From Takakia lepidozioides (lineage: Eukaryota > Plantae > Bryophyta), in assembly GCA_030704615.1 (NCBI GenBank), contig CM060732.1, forward strand, positions 4,402,001 to 4,466,000: a stretch of 64,000 nucleotides of DNA. Reading direction: 5' to 3'. Numbering within the stretch: the first letter of the stretch is position 1; every line of letters starts with the position of its first letter. The position numbers and the translations under genes are program-made. Below the pieces are notes generated by a model. The model was given only the letters and a program-made list of their open reading frames with translations, did not search any database and was not told the DNA's origin. Shown here piece after piece: positions 25,081-38,319 of the stretch.

Positions 25081-27421
25081 CATTCTTTTGCACATGCAAG
25101 TGCATCTTCCGCACCTTCGATGGTGGCTCCTCGAATTCATCATCACCGCTATCAGCCAGCTCCACCACCTTATCCACGCCTACCTTATGCGGACGCGAGT
25201 TTTTGCGCGGCAGGAGTCCGTGCTTGGCGAGAACACCCTCGTACATCGCGGAAAGAGAACACAAGGGGGACAACAGGAGAACAAATAGTTACAGTGGTGA
25301 CACCAACCTGTGAAATCCCTTCGATGGAGGGAACGTTTGAGTTCTTTCTCGATATTCTCCTCTACAGACTGTGGGCGAGGTCGATATGAAGAGGACTGCA
25401 CCGTTCAAGCGACATGAATAGTGCAGCAAAACGTCTTCACGTCAATACTGAAGGGTGAATCAAAACGTCTTGCATGCGAAGCGTCCCTTCCGCCTCTGTG
25501 TACGCACCTGTCAAGCACATGGGAAAATCCCAGGCTTTCTATATGGGTAATTTCAAGCCGTTGAAGAGGAGAAAAGAAAGGGCAGGCGCAAATGGCTCCG
25601 AGGCTGAACTTTGAGCATAAATATAAATATAAACAGTTTAAACAGTTTACATAGCAAGAGATAGAATTTTTGTAGAAAAGACCGTCAGATGTCAGACTCT
25701 CTACAAACTCAGTTGCACTCACCAGCAAGCCCAAGCCAAATGATACAATCCCCAAAGAACAACCTTAATCTAATAAAGGACGTCGTAGCGAGCCGTCATG
25801 ACAACTATAGCTGAAGCACAACCCCCATTTTTGATCTACTTACACTATGCACCTTCAAGCACAGAAGGATTGATTGAACCACATATCTAAAAAGGGTGCT
25901 CGCTACGACGTCCTGGAGCAGCCGCTACCCTAGTCGTCCTGGAGCAGTCGTTGTCCTAGAGCAGCCTCAACCCACTGGGTCGCCACCACCCTCCTGCCAC
26001 CACTCCTGTCGTCGTTCTTCAAAGCTCCAAAAGTTTCCAGATCGTAGGTTGTTCCAGACCCCACCGCCCCGTCGTTTTTTCTAGAACTTTCCCCTATTTC
26101 TACGCAGGGACCTACACCTGCCCTCATTATTCGCACGTTCCAATGGCCCAGCCCGCCGCCCTCCCCATTGGCTGGGCCATTCACCTTCGTCTTTATGACC
26201 TTTCCGATTAACGCCTTGGGATCCTTAATTTTCGGACCCTTCATTTCGTTAATTAATACAGGTGGCCTTATTACATTGGCCCCCTCTTTTAACTCCTGGA
26301 CCACGCTAATTCCTCGACCACTCTAGAATTAACCGGGCCCAAATGAAACTGCTTTGCATATTGTGCCGCAATCAAACTTTTGAAAAGTTCCCAACTCCAC
26401 AATGATAGTGGCACAAACATTATGAGGTACAATCCTTGCAATTAATACTTTCATGAGAATTATGCAGGGCCTCCATTTTCAGCACAGCACTCCTTAGAAT
26501 GGTTAAGGCAGTCTGCCCATAAGCTTGACTTTCTAATGAGCCAATGGGGTTTGACGCCCCTCAATAAATGCAGTTGGCAATACCACATGCATGGTTTGAT
26601 GCTCCAACAGTACAATTAATTCTGAATGACAACCTCATGTTGAAACTGTTACAGTGATTCTATAGACTAGCTAGTCACAAAGTTAGAAATGATGGAGAAT
26701 CCAATGGGCCCACTGAAAACTCCATTACAACCCCCATTAGCACCAACTTCTGGCTTCCGACCTCTAAAGAGACCCATATACATTGCAATAATTTGCCTCG
26801 ATAATTCACGACAGTGGTAGATACAACTAAAGCTCTGGATCTTAGTCACAAAGGAAGTTTTCTGAAGCAACAACATGACTATGTCCTCAAGGCAACATCA
26901 ACATCAACAAAAGCATGATTTGTTGATGTCCATCAGGGCAACATCAACAAAAGCACGAGGGGATTTACATCCACATCCCCATTCAACTTCACATTGATCT
27001 CACAACTACTTCTGCTTGTCCCCCTCAGCAAGCTTTACCACTTTCCACAAGGGAGTACAAGACCTTAAGATCAGGTCTAGCAGAAGAGTGTCCTGTTTGG
27101 AAAATGAACCTTTCATGTGCCAAGATATGCTTGTTGCTGTTACCTGACAGAAATGTATAGCTCTGGCTGAGGAACTAGTCAATTTGACCACTTGGGCCCT
27201 GATGCCTCTTTGAAGCACAAAGGAGCTTGCCCTCGGTGGTTCCTTAGGTCACATACTAGACTGCCGGTAGATCCAAATCTAAACTTACCATTTTACAGCA
27301 CCTCTCATTGGGGGGCAGATGGGATTGTAGATCAAATTCTTCCCAAGGACCAGTTACAGAAATTTATAGCAGAAAAAGCATCAACCCTTACGAAGCAACC
27401 TCGTCCAATGCTCTACGTCCT

Positions 27422-28615
27422 CTAGGACCTCTGTCTCACTCGCCTGCCACTGGCATCCGTCCCATCACAGAGCTGGCCCCATACACTTCTATTCCGAATA
27501 GATCCTCCTCCAGCATCCTCATAGACTCCAGCAACTGTTTTCAGCAACTCAGACTGCAAAGAGGGACAGCTTTCTCGGAGGTACTCAAACCCATCTGAGT
27601 GCATGACTGCTGCAAGATTCGATGCAGCAAACTTCAGACACACTGCCTTGAGTTCTGACGCATGATGCTGCTCTGCAAGAGCAAGTGTGGTAGCCACTGT
27701 ATCAGTGCTCACATTCTCGCATAACTTCGACTCACAAAGAAGGCGTAGCCGGTCGAGACCATACCGATCTGCTGCTGCCAGTAGATGTTGAGCCAGAAGA
27801 GTGGACGAACATGATCCTGCCAAATCGTTGGTGTCAGGAAGGGCATCTGTATATACGAAATGCAGCAGCGCCTTGAATACGGGTGCCTCAATGTCTTCAA
27901 TTTGAAGGTTGCCGCTATTACGGTCACGCATGGGCCCAAACAATTGGGCTTTAAAGACAGGCGACCGTGCAGCCAACACCAGCTTGTGTGCATGAAATAC
28001 GTCCCCATCTACCTCAAATGTCACATCAGTGTCCTCTCCGCTTTCCAACAACGCCCCAAAATGCTGACCAAGGTCCGGTTCGGGGACTGGAATTGTGTAG
28101 AGTTTCGGACCTTGTGTGGACGACACAACCACACCCACTGTGCAAGTAATCGCGAGGCTATCATTCTTTAAGAAATCTGAAGTTTCCAGAACAGCGCGCC
28201 TAAAAAACCGCTTGTAGCCCCACATGCTGCCCCTATACTTGAGGGTATAAGGACCACTTTCAAGCGACCGATCAAAGTGACTGTGCACCTTATGCTTGGC
28301 CTTCCCACTCTGATCCAACAGCGTTAACTCAAACAACGCTCGGACATCTGTGCCCTCACTTGCTAAAGCTATGAAAACCGACACATACAGAGAATTGTCC
28401 TCTGCGTTCTTCCCATCAGGGTAAAAATAGATGGCCCACTGGTATCCCCCAACAGTAAAGCTCTCACTGGCGATGTACTTCCCAACCCCCATGCCCTTTG
28501 CAAGAGAATAGCCATTGATGGTGAAATGATGCGAACCGTTCACAGTTTCTGTCACACACCGTGACCGCGAATTTGTACTACCGCTGCCTGTGCAGGCCAT
28601 GGGCGTCCGGGCCAT
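27422..28615 (-). CDS. BPM: BTB/POZ-MATH domain protein (CUL3 substrate adaptor), intronless
   Basis: Intact 397-aa ORF. MATH domain ([29 protein letters not shown]...[11 protein letters not shown]...[10 protein letters not shown]), BTB domain ([25 protein letters not shown]), BACK-like region and C-terminal GRRVRQR NLS typical of plant BPMs. Confidence 0.97.
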   Translation of the reverse strand: MARTPMACTGSGSTNSRSRCVTETVNGSHHFTINGYSLAKGMGVGKYIASESFTVGGYQWAIYFYPDGKNAEDNSLYVSVFIALASEGTDVRALFELTLLDQSGKAKHKVHSHFDRSLESGPYTLKYRGSMWGYKRFFRRAVLETSDFLKNDSLAITCTVGVVVSSTQGPKLYTIPVPEPDLGQHFGALLESGEDTDVTFEVDGDVFHAHKLVLAARSPVFKAQLFGPMRDRNSGNLQIEDIEAPVFKALLHFVYTDALPDTNDLAGSCSSTLLAQHLLAAADRYGLDRLRLLCESKLCENVSTDTVATTLALAEQHHASELKAVCLKFAASNLAAVMHSDGFEYLRESCPSLQSELLKTVAGVYEDAGGGSIRNRSVWGQLCDGTDASGRRVRQRS

Positions 28616-29159
28616 CAGAAGCTCTCTGCTTCATCCCCTGCTTCCCTTCCTGCCCACTCTTCAATCTTCTCCCAGATTCCGCACCCTGATCGCTGCAACC
28701 CACTGATGCAGAAAACCCTTGTGGGCAAGTCTGCAGCACTGCTCTCCCCGTAAAGCATCTCTGACGGAGCTGGAGCCTCCCTTCCTCCCCTCACCTGCCT
28801 CTCACCGTCCTTCTTACTAGTATCTTCTTACCACCTACTAATAATCCCAACCACTATACTTAATTAGGTCCCGGCTGCAATGGACGATTTAGCCATGGCT
28901 AAGTCAGGTTTAGCCATGGCTCAGTTTATGTAGCTGCCGCAGTGGACGATTTAGCCACTGTTAAAGTTAGTCAGCACTAATCGTCGCTAACTACCCCCCA
29001 GTATTTGTCCTACGAGATAACCCCTACCCACCCCCCACGTACTAACTAACCAGGGGGGCAGCATATGGAAAATTCCAACACTCCCCGTTCTACGTCCTTC
29101 CTCGCGCCTGGCTTCTCTCATATTGTAAGCCACAAAAGAACCGCTAGCCCAACAGTCTT

Positions 29160-29990
29160 CAACAATTGTCAAGCTGAACTTGCAGGCATTGTTGCGGTCA
29201 CCACACACGGGGAGGTTGTTGATGAGACGGCCAGGTGTTCTTTTGGTTGAAAGTCGTGCAAAGCACATAGCCCAAGCCAGGCATACATCCAGTGGCGAGG
29301 ACAGTCTCTTGAGCTCAGCATGGATTTTCTCAATATGTGGAATTTTTCTTGTATCACCAAGGTAAGCGAACAATTGTCGACCTCAACATATCTGTAACAT
29401 GCCTCCTTTATGAAACCTGTGTCCTCAATCATTTTCTCACCTTTAATTGTCTTCTAATCTGCTAGCCCAAGCATAAATGATCGGTTCTGATGATGCTTTT
29501 TGCAGCACACTCTGCTACCTCCCGAGCTACCTCCACATTGCCATGCATTCTGCAGGCACCAAGCAAGGCCATCCACACCCGAACATCTGGTTTGGTATGC
29601 ATTTTGTAAATATTATGTCCTCAGCAAAATCAAATTGCCTTGCACGACCAAGGAGGTCCACCATACAGCCAAAATGCTCTAGTGTGGGAGTCAGGCCATA
29701 CTTCTGACCCATGGAATCAAAGTAGTGGCAACCTTCATCCACTAGACCAACATGGCTACATGCCGAGAGAACAGAGATAAATGTGACATCATCTGGATTC
29801 AATTGCTCCCATTGCATATTTTCAAATAGCTGCAGGGCCTCCCTTCCGGACCCATGCTGAGAGTATCCTGCCAGCATGGCATTCCATGCGACTACATCTC
29901 ATTTGTTAATATTGTCAAAGACTTTACGTGCATCCTTCATGCTCCCACATTTAGCATACATGTCAACAAGGGCAGTCTCCAAATTTATGT
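29160..29990 (-). pseudogene. PLS-class PPR protein C-terminus with E/E+/DYW remnants (organellar RNA-editing factor), decayed
   Basis: ETALVDMYAKCGSMKDARKVFD..*DVVAWNAM, PDDVTFISVLSACSHVGLVDEG, HFGCMVDLLGRA, KIHAELKRL and RLINNLPVCGDRNNACKF (DYW NLRVCxDCH-like). Contains frameshifts and stops. Confidence 0.88.
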
Positions 29991-30267
29991 GGGAATAATC
30001 AGCTGCTGCTGCTGCATCACTTCTGGCCAAGACACTCTAACGTCTTGCTGTAATGGTGATGATGGTAGCCTGTGTTTGTCTAAGAGCCAAGCCCTATGGC
30101 ACACACAATGGGCTAAGGCGCTCAAAATTGACATATCGCCGACCGAAAGTGCTCCTTACAGGGGGCAGTGATTAGCTGCTCACTGCTCTGTGACCTCGTC
30201 ACTAAGGGGGGCCTTCCATGCAGAACCTTGGACTGCATATCTGATACAACTCTTTCGCTTTCCAGAC

Positions 30268-30813
30268 TGTGACAGGAATCAATTCCGACCAGTACCTTTA
30301 CAACTTTTCTCTTAATGAAACCACATTCACATGAAAACAGTCCACTTTCAGATCATGACAAAGTCTAGTTCAGATCCACACCAGTGTGACTCGTTCAATA
30401 GAACTCTATTCACAACATTTACAATTCTCTTTGTAGAGATGGCATCAGTGTTTCTGATTCCTGACAACAACCAAAGACCATCTCTTGTCTTTCTGCCACC
30501 TAGTTCAAACAGCACAGTTCCGGACCACCCTACCTCCACACCGTGCTATGTATTCATAATCTCTATACATTTCAGTGCTCATCATCTTTTCTGCAGACCT
30601 CCTGAAATCCCTAAGTTCTCCTCTTGGTTGATCTTCGTCTTCTTTTCTTCTCGGACATGTGACCTCTTCTACTGGTAACCAATACTTGAACCTATTGGTT
30701 TCCAATCCCTAGCCATCACATGGCATCTGCGCCAGTTTCCCTACCTATCATTCAACCCACCCCATGGCCTTTCCACCCATAACCCAGTTCTGGTTACGCA
30801 GAGTGCCATAACA
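30268..30813 (-). repeat. 3' LTR (~546 bp) of the chromovirus
   Basis: On the minus strand the PPT AGTGGGGGAG (~30816-30825) is followed by TGTTATGG (30813). A matching end ...CCTGTCACA lies at 30268. No second LTR is present to confirm the boundary. Confidence 0.65.
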
Positions 30814-33235
30814 AACTCCCCCACTAAAAAGATTGATCATTGTCTGCAATGATAGTGAAATGGGGAAAATCCAATTGTAGGTCACTCTCCTTTTCCCAAG
30901 TAGCTTCAGATTTTGGATAGTGATACCACAAGTTTAACAAGATGTTCACGATATGAACGGTTTCGAAGGTGTTTCATTCTTGTCTCCAGAATACATTCAG
31001 GTTCAGCCAACAACTGACCTTCTTCTATAACCTTGGGTAGTTCAGGTAGAATGTGACTGGGGTCTGCCATGTATTTCCTTAGGAGGCTGACATGAAAGAC
31101 GTCATGGATTTTCCAAGTAGCTGGCAGATCTAGCTGATATGCCCCAGATCCATAACGCTTTAAGATCACAAAAGGTCTAGAGAACTTTGGGGACAACTTA
31201 GGACACTTGCCCAATTTCAACTGGCTTCTTTTGGGAGCAACTTTCAAGAAGACCTTGTCGCCTATCTCAAATTCACAGAAGCTTTTGTACTTGTCAGTAT
31301 AGAACTTGGCTCTTCCCTAACACTTCTCATGCTTCTCTTTACCAAATCCAACACTGAGTGCATTTCATGGACCATGTCATTGACAGACTGCACCTTAGAC
31401 AATGGTGTGGAAAGAGAAGTTGGGATCAAACAGTCACGTCCATAGAGTGCCTGAAACGGGATCATTCCAATAGTACTATGGAAATTCTTGTTATAGGCGA
31501 ATTCTATCAAATATAGGTACTGCTCCCAGGAAGCTTGTCTCTGACCAATATACATTCTTAGCATATCCTCAATGGTTTGGTTGGTCCGTTCTGTTCGGGC
31601 ATCCGTTTCAAGATGATATGCAATACTGAGTCTCAACTTGGTTCCCAAAAGCTTGAACAAAGCAGTCCAAAAATGACTTGTGAACTTTGTGTCCTTGTCA
31701 CAAATGATCTCACGAGGTAACCCGTGGATCCGAAAGATTTCTTTCATAAACAGTGATGCCACATCAGGAGCAGTGGCTGTCATCTTTGTGGGAATCAAGT
31801 GTGCTATCTTAGACAGTCTATCAGCAACCACCATGATGCTATTATGTCCATTTCTGGTCCGTGGCAACGCCACTATAAAATCCATGCTTATCGATTCCCA
31901 ATTTCCACTGGGAATACTTAATGGTTGTAATAATCCAGGAGGACGTATCCTTTCTGACTTTGAGACTTGACATGGAAAGCATCTATCCACATACTCTTTG
32001 ATCTGTCTCTTCATTCCTGGCCAGAAATATTGTTTTCTAACGGCCACATAGGTTCTCTGAAAGCCCAGGTGACCAGCTATGGGAATATTATGACAGTCAT
32101 AAATAATACGCACAAATCATGTAAACAGGGAATGCACATACCCATATGATAATATAATATCCCATCACGCAGCAAGTATGGACGATACTTGTCAATCTCA
32201 TCAGAGGTCCGACGGTCATGCGAGAGGCTTTCATAGGGTGCTTTGAAAAACACATCATCAACATAGTGATCCTTCACATCATCAATCATGGAGCTTCTCA
32301 CAATCGACACAGCATGGACCATCGGCCTTCTAGAGAGTGCATCTGCCAATACATTCTCTTTTCCCTTCACATATCGCAGATCATAATGAAACTGCTGAAG
32401 GAATTCAGCCCATCGAATCTGATGATGACTCAAATTGGGTTGTGTATTGAGATACTTTAAACTCTCATGATCCGTCTCAATTGTAAAGTCCATAGGAAGT
32501 AAGTAATGCCTCCAAATCTTCAGTGCGTGGAGTATAGCCAGAAGTTCTTTTTCATGAATAGGATAATTATGTTCAGCTGGACTGAGCTTTATGGACTCAT
32601 AGGCAATAACCTGACCACTTTACATTAATACTGGTCCAATAGCGAGATCACTCGCGTTAGTGCAAATCACAATCTCATTCATGGTAGGATCAATCAGTTT
32701 CAAGATGGAGCATGTGCCAATTTAGCTTTTCAAAGCTAACATCACAATCTGGAGTCCAAGCTTCATTCCAATCTTTAGAAGTAGAGTTCTTTAGCAGATC
32801 AATCATTGGGGCTGCAATGCGAGAGAATAACTTAACAAACTTTCGCAGAAAGCTGGCAAACCCAACAAAGCTTCTGACTTCTGTCTTATCTTTGGGTTTG
32901 GGCCATTCAGCTACAGCTTGAATGTTCTTTGAATCAATGGACACTCCATCCTTTGAGATATGAAATCCCAAATAGTCCATATGATCTACAAAGAACTCAC
33001 ACTTACTCTTCTTTGCAAACAAGTGATTCTGCCTTAAAATATCCAAGACCATTCTCAAATGTTGTTCATGCTCTTCTTCTATTTTAGAAAATACGAGGAT
33101 GTCATCCATGAAGACAAGAACCATCTTGCCAAGGTATTTTTAAAACAGAGAGTTCATCAAGTGCATGAACGTAGCCGGAGCATTGGTAAGTCCGAAGGGC
33201 ATTACCGTGTATTCATAATGTGCCTGGTGGTTCTC
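30268..33235 (-). mobile_element. 5'-truncated Ty3/Gypsy chromovirus: RT, RNase H, integrase, chromodomain, PPT and LTR
   Basis: [93 protein letters not shown]...YREHLVK (chromodomain). Confidence 0.92.
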
Positions 33236-33239
33236 GTCT

Positions 33240-34829
33240 GGGGCTGCATCCCTGGATAGTATGAGAGCACTGGAAGACTGGCTTGCGTTTTGGCACTTCC
33301 GGTACAGGCAGTGGGGAGCATGCATGACAACGGTACGTTGCTTTTGTTGCATGCAAATTTTGGATGCTTTGTCTCCCTTTTTTCCATCATTGTTGTGGAA
33401 GGGTCTACTCGTCCTCCTTTCTGAAGTGTGTTTTCCCATTCTGCATCACATGTCCTTTGAGGAAATGGCGGACATGCCATCTTGCAATCTGGCGGAGATA
33501 GTGCACAATGCATGATTGCAACAATCTGGAAAACGGGGAAGAGATTTGTATGTGGCGACGACCGACGACCTGACGCGTGCTCTACAGCAACAAACCAGGT
33601 ACCGGGAGTTTTTGCGGGGTGAGGTTGGTAGCAAGGGTCCAAACAAAAATGAGTTGATGTTGCGAGCTGCAAGAAGATCAGGGGATCCGAGCAAGATTGC
33701 CAGGGCGGTGAGCCTGTATGCCGATGGAACCCCTCTCTTGTCTATAGTTCCACATCTGGAAGGCGATGAGAGATTCGGCTCTTGCAAGCAAAAATTGAAC
33801 ACTCCACCTGGTTCGGATGCGGATTTGCACAGGGCAGACCGAGACAACTTCTCCACACCACGTATTCCCTTGCATCATAGATCCGTATCCGGAACCACCA
33901 CTGCGGAGGAATCTTCGTCACGACGCCAAGCCCCTACATCTCCCTCTGTCAATGCAATGGTGCAGGAAAATAACATGCTCCCCGATGTGGTGGAGTCCGT
34001 GTGCCCCGACGACGTTTGGTACATGGAACGCACCGGTGCTGGGTCTCGAGTGCAATGTACGGCGATCAGGGCCACCACTTTCGAGAAGTGCACGTCCTTC
34101 ATATCGAGAGGCGGTGCCCGGACTCCGGCTCCAACTTTCACTGGTTTGTTCCACCCATACGGGCAACCAGAGGCCAAGAACCACAAATTCTGGTTCTGCG
34201 CTGACGACTGTGGTAGATGCGTGCGCGGAACAGTGCGACCATCGGTGGTCTTGAAGCCTGCTCCACTAAGCGTTTGGCCTGTGAAGGTGGGGACAAGTCT
34301 CTCAGCTCAAGAGATTGCAATGCTGGAGGATGAATGCTTCTCCCTTGAAAAGCAACCCACTGTGCGTGCAGGTGCTTCGAGTTCTGCAAGTTCTCGAGTG
34401 CCTCCAGCAGATACTCATTTGTGGCCAACTAGACGGAATGGAAAGCTGGTTCGGGGTTTCCCTCCAACTGTTGAACACTTCGGCAAGGTGGAATCAGCAA
34501 GAATGCTTCAAGCTCGTGTTGCAGGCACTACAGAAGTTCCTGATCCGGGGTATGGTCAGGTCTACACAATGATGACATCGACATCTGCTCTGCAGGACAA
34601 ATCTTATGACATCACTATCTCAAATTTCCCCGATTGCACCTGTCCAGACTTTGTTGGCATGCTTTCAACAAGTTTGGGAAAGAGAAGAAAATTCATTCCG
34701 TGCAAATATCTATATTTCATCTTTTTGAAAATGATGGTTTGTGATCCCAAGCGGGACATCTTCATCCACCAGGCCACTATGAGTTTCAACGAGGTGAATA
34801 CACTCTTGCAGCGGGATACAAGCACATAG
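33240..34829 (+). pseudogene. C-terminal half of a Mutator-like DDE transposase with SWIM zinc finger
   Basis: [13 protein letters not shown], then an intron, then PSCNLAEIVHNA (catalytic-E motif TNxxExxH). C-terminal PDCTCPDF...IPCKYLYFIF is a SWIM finger (CxC..CxH, with H replaced by Y). Homologous to 44620-46000 (-). Confidence 0.7.
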
Positions 34830-35772
34830 GTAGCATCCACTTCCGCTGTCCATGAATCTGGAATTTCCAAGCCAGGTTTCCATATGCAACACATCGTCAA
34901 GTACTATGTCCCTCGGTTTATGTCCTCCCAGTGGGGTCATCAATCATGTTGTGTAGAGTCTGCAATTTGTTGCATGTATTCATCCAGCAATAAAATGTAT
35001 TGGATGCAAATGGTTTGTCACTTCATTTGTACTGGTAGTTGTTGAAGAGTCTTCCAAACACTTAAGCTGAGAAGCCAACTCTCATTTTGAAGGTGTGCAA
35101 GAATAAAGTCCTCACACATCCGCCACTCCTAGCTATGAAGGCAAAGCTGACGCGTACGAGTGGTGGCACTTTAAGACTCCCTCTCAAATCCTTTAACCCT
35201 GTAGTGCAAGATGTGAATATGAAAGGCCAGGTGTCCAGCCATTTGTCATTTGTGGTTCTCAGGTTCAATGTGTTCATGAACGAATCCCGCGGTTATAGGA
35301 CCCTCGGTTATGGGCGCCCTATGTTTCTGCTGATGTGGCGATGGTTGTCCTAGTGCCATGTCAGCATACCCAGACCACCTCAACATGCTCACGCCACCTG
35401 GCATGACCGTACGCTCACGCCATATCACCTGGCGTGAGCGTAGGCTCAAGCCACATCACCATTGTGTGAGCGTACGCTCACACGCTTACGCGCGGCGCTC
35501 ACGCCGTTGCGTCATTGGCCAGTCATGTAGAGGCGTATTCTTATATTATTTCCAACAGTCGAGAATTTACACATAAGCGATTGAAACAGACAGTACAACT
35601 TTCCGTTTATGTAAAGAGGCATTTTTAACTCGACCTGATAGCTATGATCGCCAATATCGCTTTTTTGTTGATTGATGTGGAGAGAGACATTGGACAATTG
35701 ACATCACAAATTCTCCAGTGTGGGCCAGAAATGACCAGTGTATAAAATACAATCAAACTCAGGATGCACATT

Positions 35773-37363
35773 CACTACAACATTGGGGGGGGGGGGGGGG
35801 GGGTTTGCGACGGTCTTGCGACGGCCAGGCCGTCGCAAATGGGGTCCAGGGAACCCCAGCCACGGGTCCAAACTGCGACGGCCCTACTGTCGCACAGCCA
35901 TCGCACCCAAAACGTCGCAGATCTGCGAAGGCAAGGGGGTCGCAGACCCCAAGCCAGCATGGCTTGGTTTAGTCCAGTTCTGCAACCCCCAGGCGTCGCA
36001 AATTGCGACCTCTGGGCGTAGCAGGGGGAATATATATATATATAATTATTATCTAACCAAGCTGATCTGATCCCAAGACTGACACGTGGCACCATCCACC
36101 ATCCACCAAGTGGCATCATCTAACTTGTGATAACTAATTGACTAATAGTCCATACTGCCACTCTAAGTATTTGAACTCAAGACCTCTGCGCTACCGCACA
36201 GTTAAGTCACTGCGCATAAATCAGTAAACCCATTAGTACTTCATGCACATTAAGGTGGTTTAAATGTATATAAATGATATCTGTAAGATTTTATATCTCG
36301 TTTTGATCGCTGTTTTCATTGTCGTTTTTCACACTCATGTATTTAAACATCACGTTATCAATAATAAATCATATATTCAATATATTGTAACAAAAAAGAA
36401 ATACATATATTAAATATACATAAATTAAATACATATATTCACAATACAATAAATTTGACCTAAAATCTATCTATGTATATAAATATATATATGTTACTTA
36501 AACAATGTACTGCAACTATAACTCGACGTTGTAACCAATGTTGGGCAGTAATTTGATTTCATTCATAACCTCCTGTTCCGGTTTTATCAAAAACTTATAA
36601 TCAAAGAACCTCCGGTTCTAGGTTTTTCATATATATTTTTTATGGAAAGAACCTTTGGTTTCGGTTGAAAATAAGAATCTCAAAGAACCGGCGGTTTTTA
36701 TCTAATAACCGACGGATCTTTCTTGGTTTTCATACAAGTTATTTCAAAACTATGTAGTCGGCGGTCATGAGCCATTGCCGGTTCTTTGTTTTTATGAGAT
36801 ATGCGGTTATATATCCACATAATATTCTTGATAATCTCTGGGGTTTTGTAATTGAATCAAAGAACCTCCCAACATTAGTGGCTCATATAAATTAGTGGCT
36901 CATAGAAATTTTAGATACATGCATTATACAACATGTCAATGAGCATCTGCGACCCAAAGGGAGTCGCAAAATAATTGTGACGTTTTGGAGCATCTGCGAC
37001 ACCTAGGGGGTCACAAGGAGTCGCAAAAAAAGTCGCAAGGGGTCGCATATATATATATATGTATTATTTTTTATTTTTTATTTTTTTCTTCTACCTGTTG
37101 CGATGCATGGGGGGTTGCAAGGAGTCGCAAGGGTCGCAAAACGTCGCCATACCGACCCTTAAGCGTCGCAAAAAAAATAAGTTTTTTTTTCAAATTAAAG
37201 TGTTTCATCTTGCAACAAAGAAACGTCGCAGATTGGTCCTCGGTGGTTTAGTCGCAATCTGCGACACTCGGGGCGTCGCAGATGGGCCCCCGACGGTTTC
37301 GTCGCAGACTTTGCGGTCTCCGGGGCGTTGGGCATCGCAGACCCCCCCCCAAATGTAGTAGTG
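35773..37363. mobile_element. Non-autonomous CACTA (EnSpm) element, 1591 bp
   Basis: Left end CACTACAACATTGGGG, right end CCCCAAATGTAGTAGTG. 3-bp TSD ATT on both sides. Subterminal TGCGAC/GTCGCA repeats and an AT-rich non-coding core. Confidence 0.93.
36536..36877. mobile_element. Possible hAT-like MITE nested in the CACTA
   Basis: Ends caatgttggg...cccaacatta, with internal gaacc/ggttc repeats. No TSD found. Confidence 0.4.
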
Positions 37364-38279
37364 ATTACACAGAAATGAGGGCACGATGGGTATTTTTATT
37401 GATCGATCACAGCGTCTAACATTAAGCACGTCTACACCAAATGTCATCCATACAAATCTAAACCCTTATGCCCCCTGAATGGAAGTCACCAGGTAGACGG
37501 AACTTTGATAGACTTGAAGATGAGGTCATGAGTGACGCGGCTCCTCCAGGTAAAAAAAAAAGTATGACGCCTCCCGAAGGGAGCGTAACTTATGGTGTCA
37601 CTTCACCACAAGGGCTACTGCCTTCCAGCTGAAAGGTGGACACCTTCATGACACACCTGACCGTGGTTTGAACCCACAACCACATCCAACGTGGTATGTG
37701 CCCATTACCACTGGGCTACATGCTGGTTGTCCCTCCAGGTAAACTGCATAGCGGTCGTGCTGGTGCCCTTGGTGGAGCTGACAACAATGTCATGCCCATC
37801 GATGCTACCACCATCAAACATGGAGATTGTCACTGTGGGCCTCATGTGCCCCTGCGATTTGTCCTCAAAACGAAGGCGAATATCCCCATACAGTGGATAT
37901 TCGGAGCGGACTCATTCACGAGTATAGTTCTCCCCGATGCAATCCTCCCAGGTCCACTGGTAGCAGTTCCAGCGCTAAAGCATGGCCGTGTGTGATCTGT
38001 CCGGTTGCCCACCGTAGCTTGGTATATTGAGGTCAACGATGTGCAGGACCCACAGTACTGAGTTAGTATCTGAGGACAACCCCATAGGCCTGTCACCCTA
38101 CCTTGATGCTTCCGCTGCAACAACGACATACCTTGGCATATGCAATTGTTTCTCTCGTCTACGTAAGGCGACCCGGGCCTATTTCATTTTCTCTTCCGCT
38201 GCAGGGCAGCAGGTGATGGGGTATGAATGTGGGATGGTAAGAAGGTTAGTAACTAGGGCTTTTGTGTAGGCCCGTCTTT

Positions 38280-38291
38280 TGGTATCAGAGC
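38280..38291 (+). promoter_or_regulatory. tRNA-iMet primer-binding site of a decayed LTR retrotransposon
   Basis: Exact TGGTATCAGAGC, the canonical plant PBS. The adjacent LTR end is not a clean CA. Confidence 0.55.
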
Positions 38292-38319
38292 AGTTCGATT
38301 CTTGTGGTTTGCATGCTGT

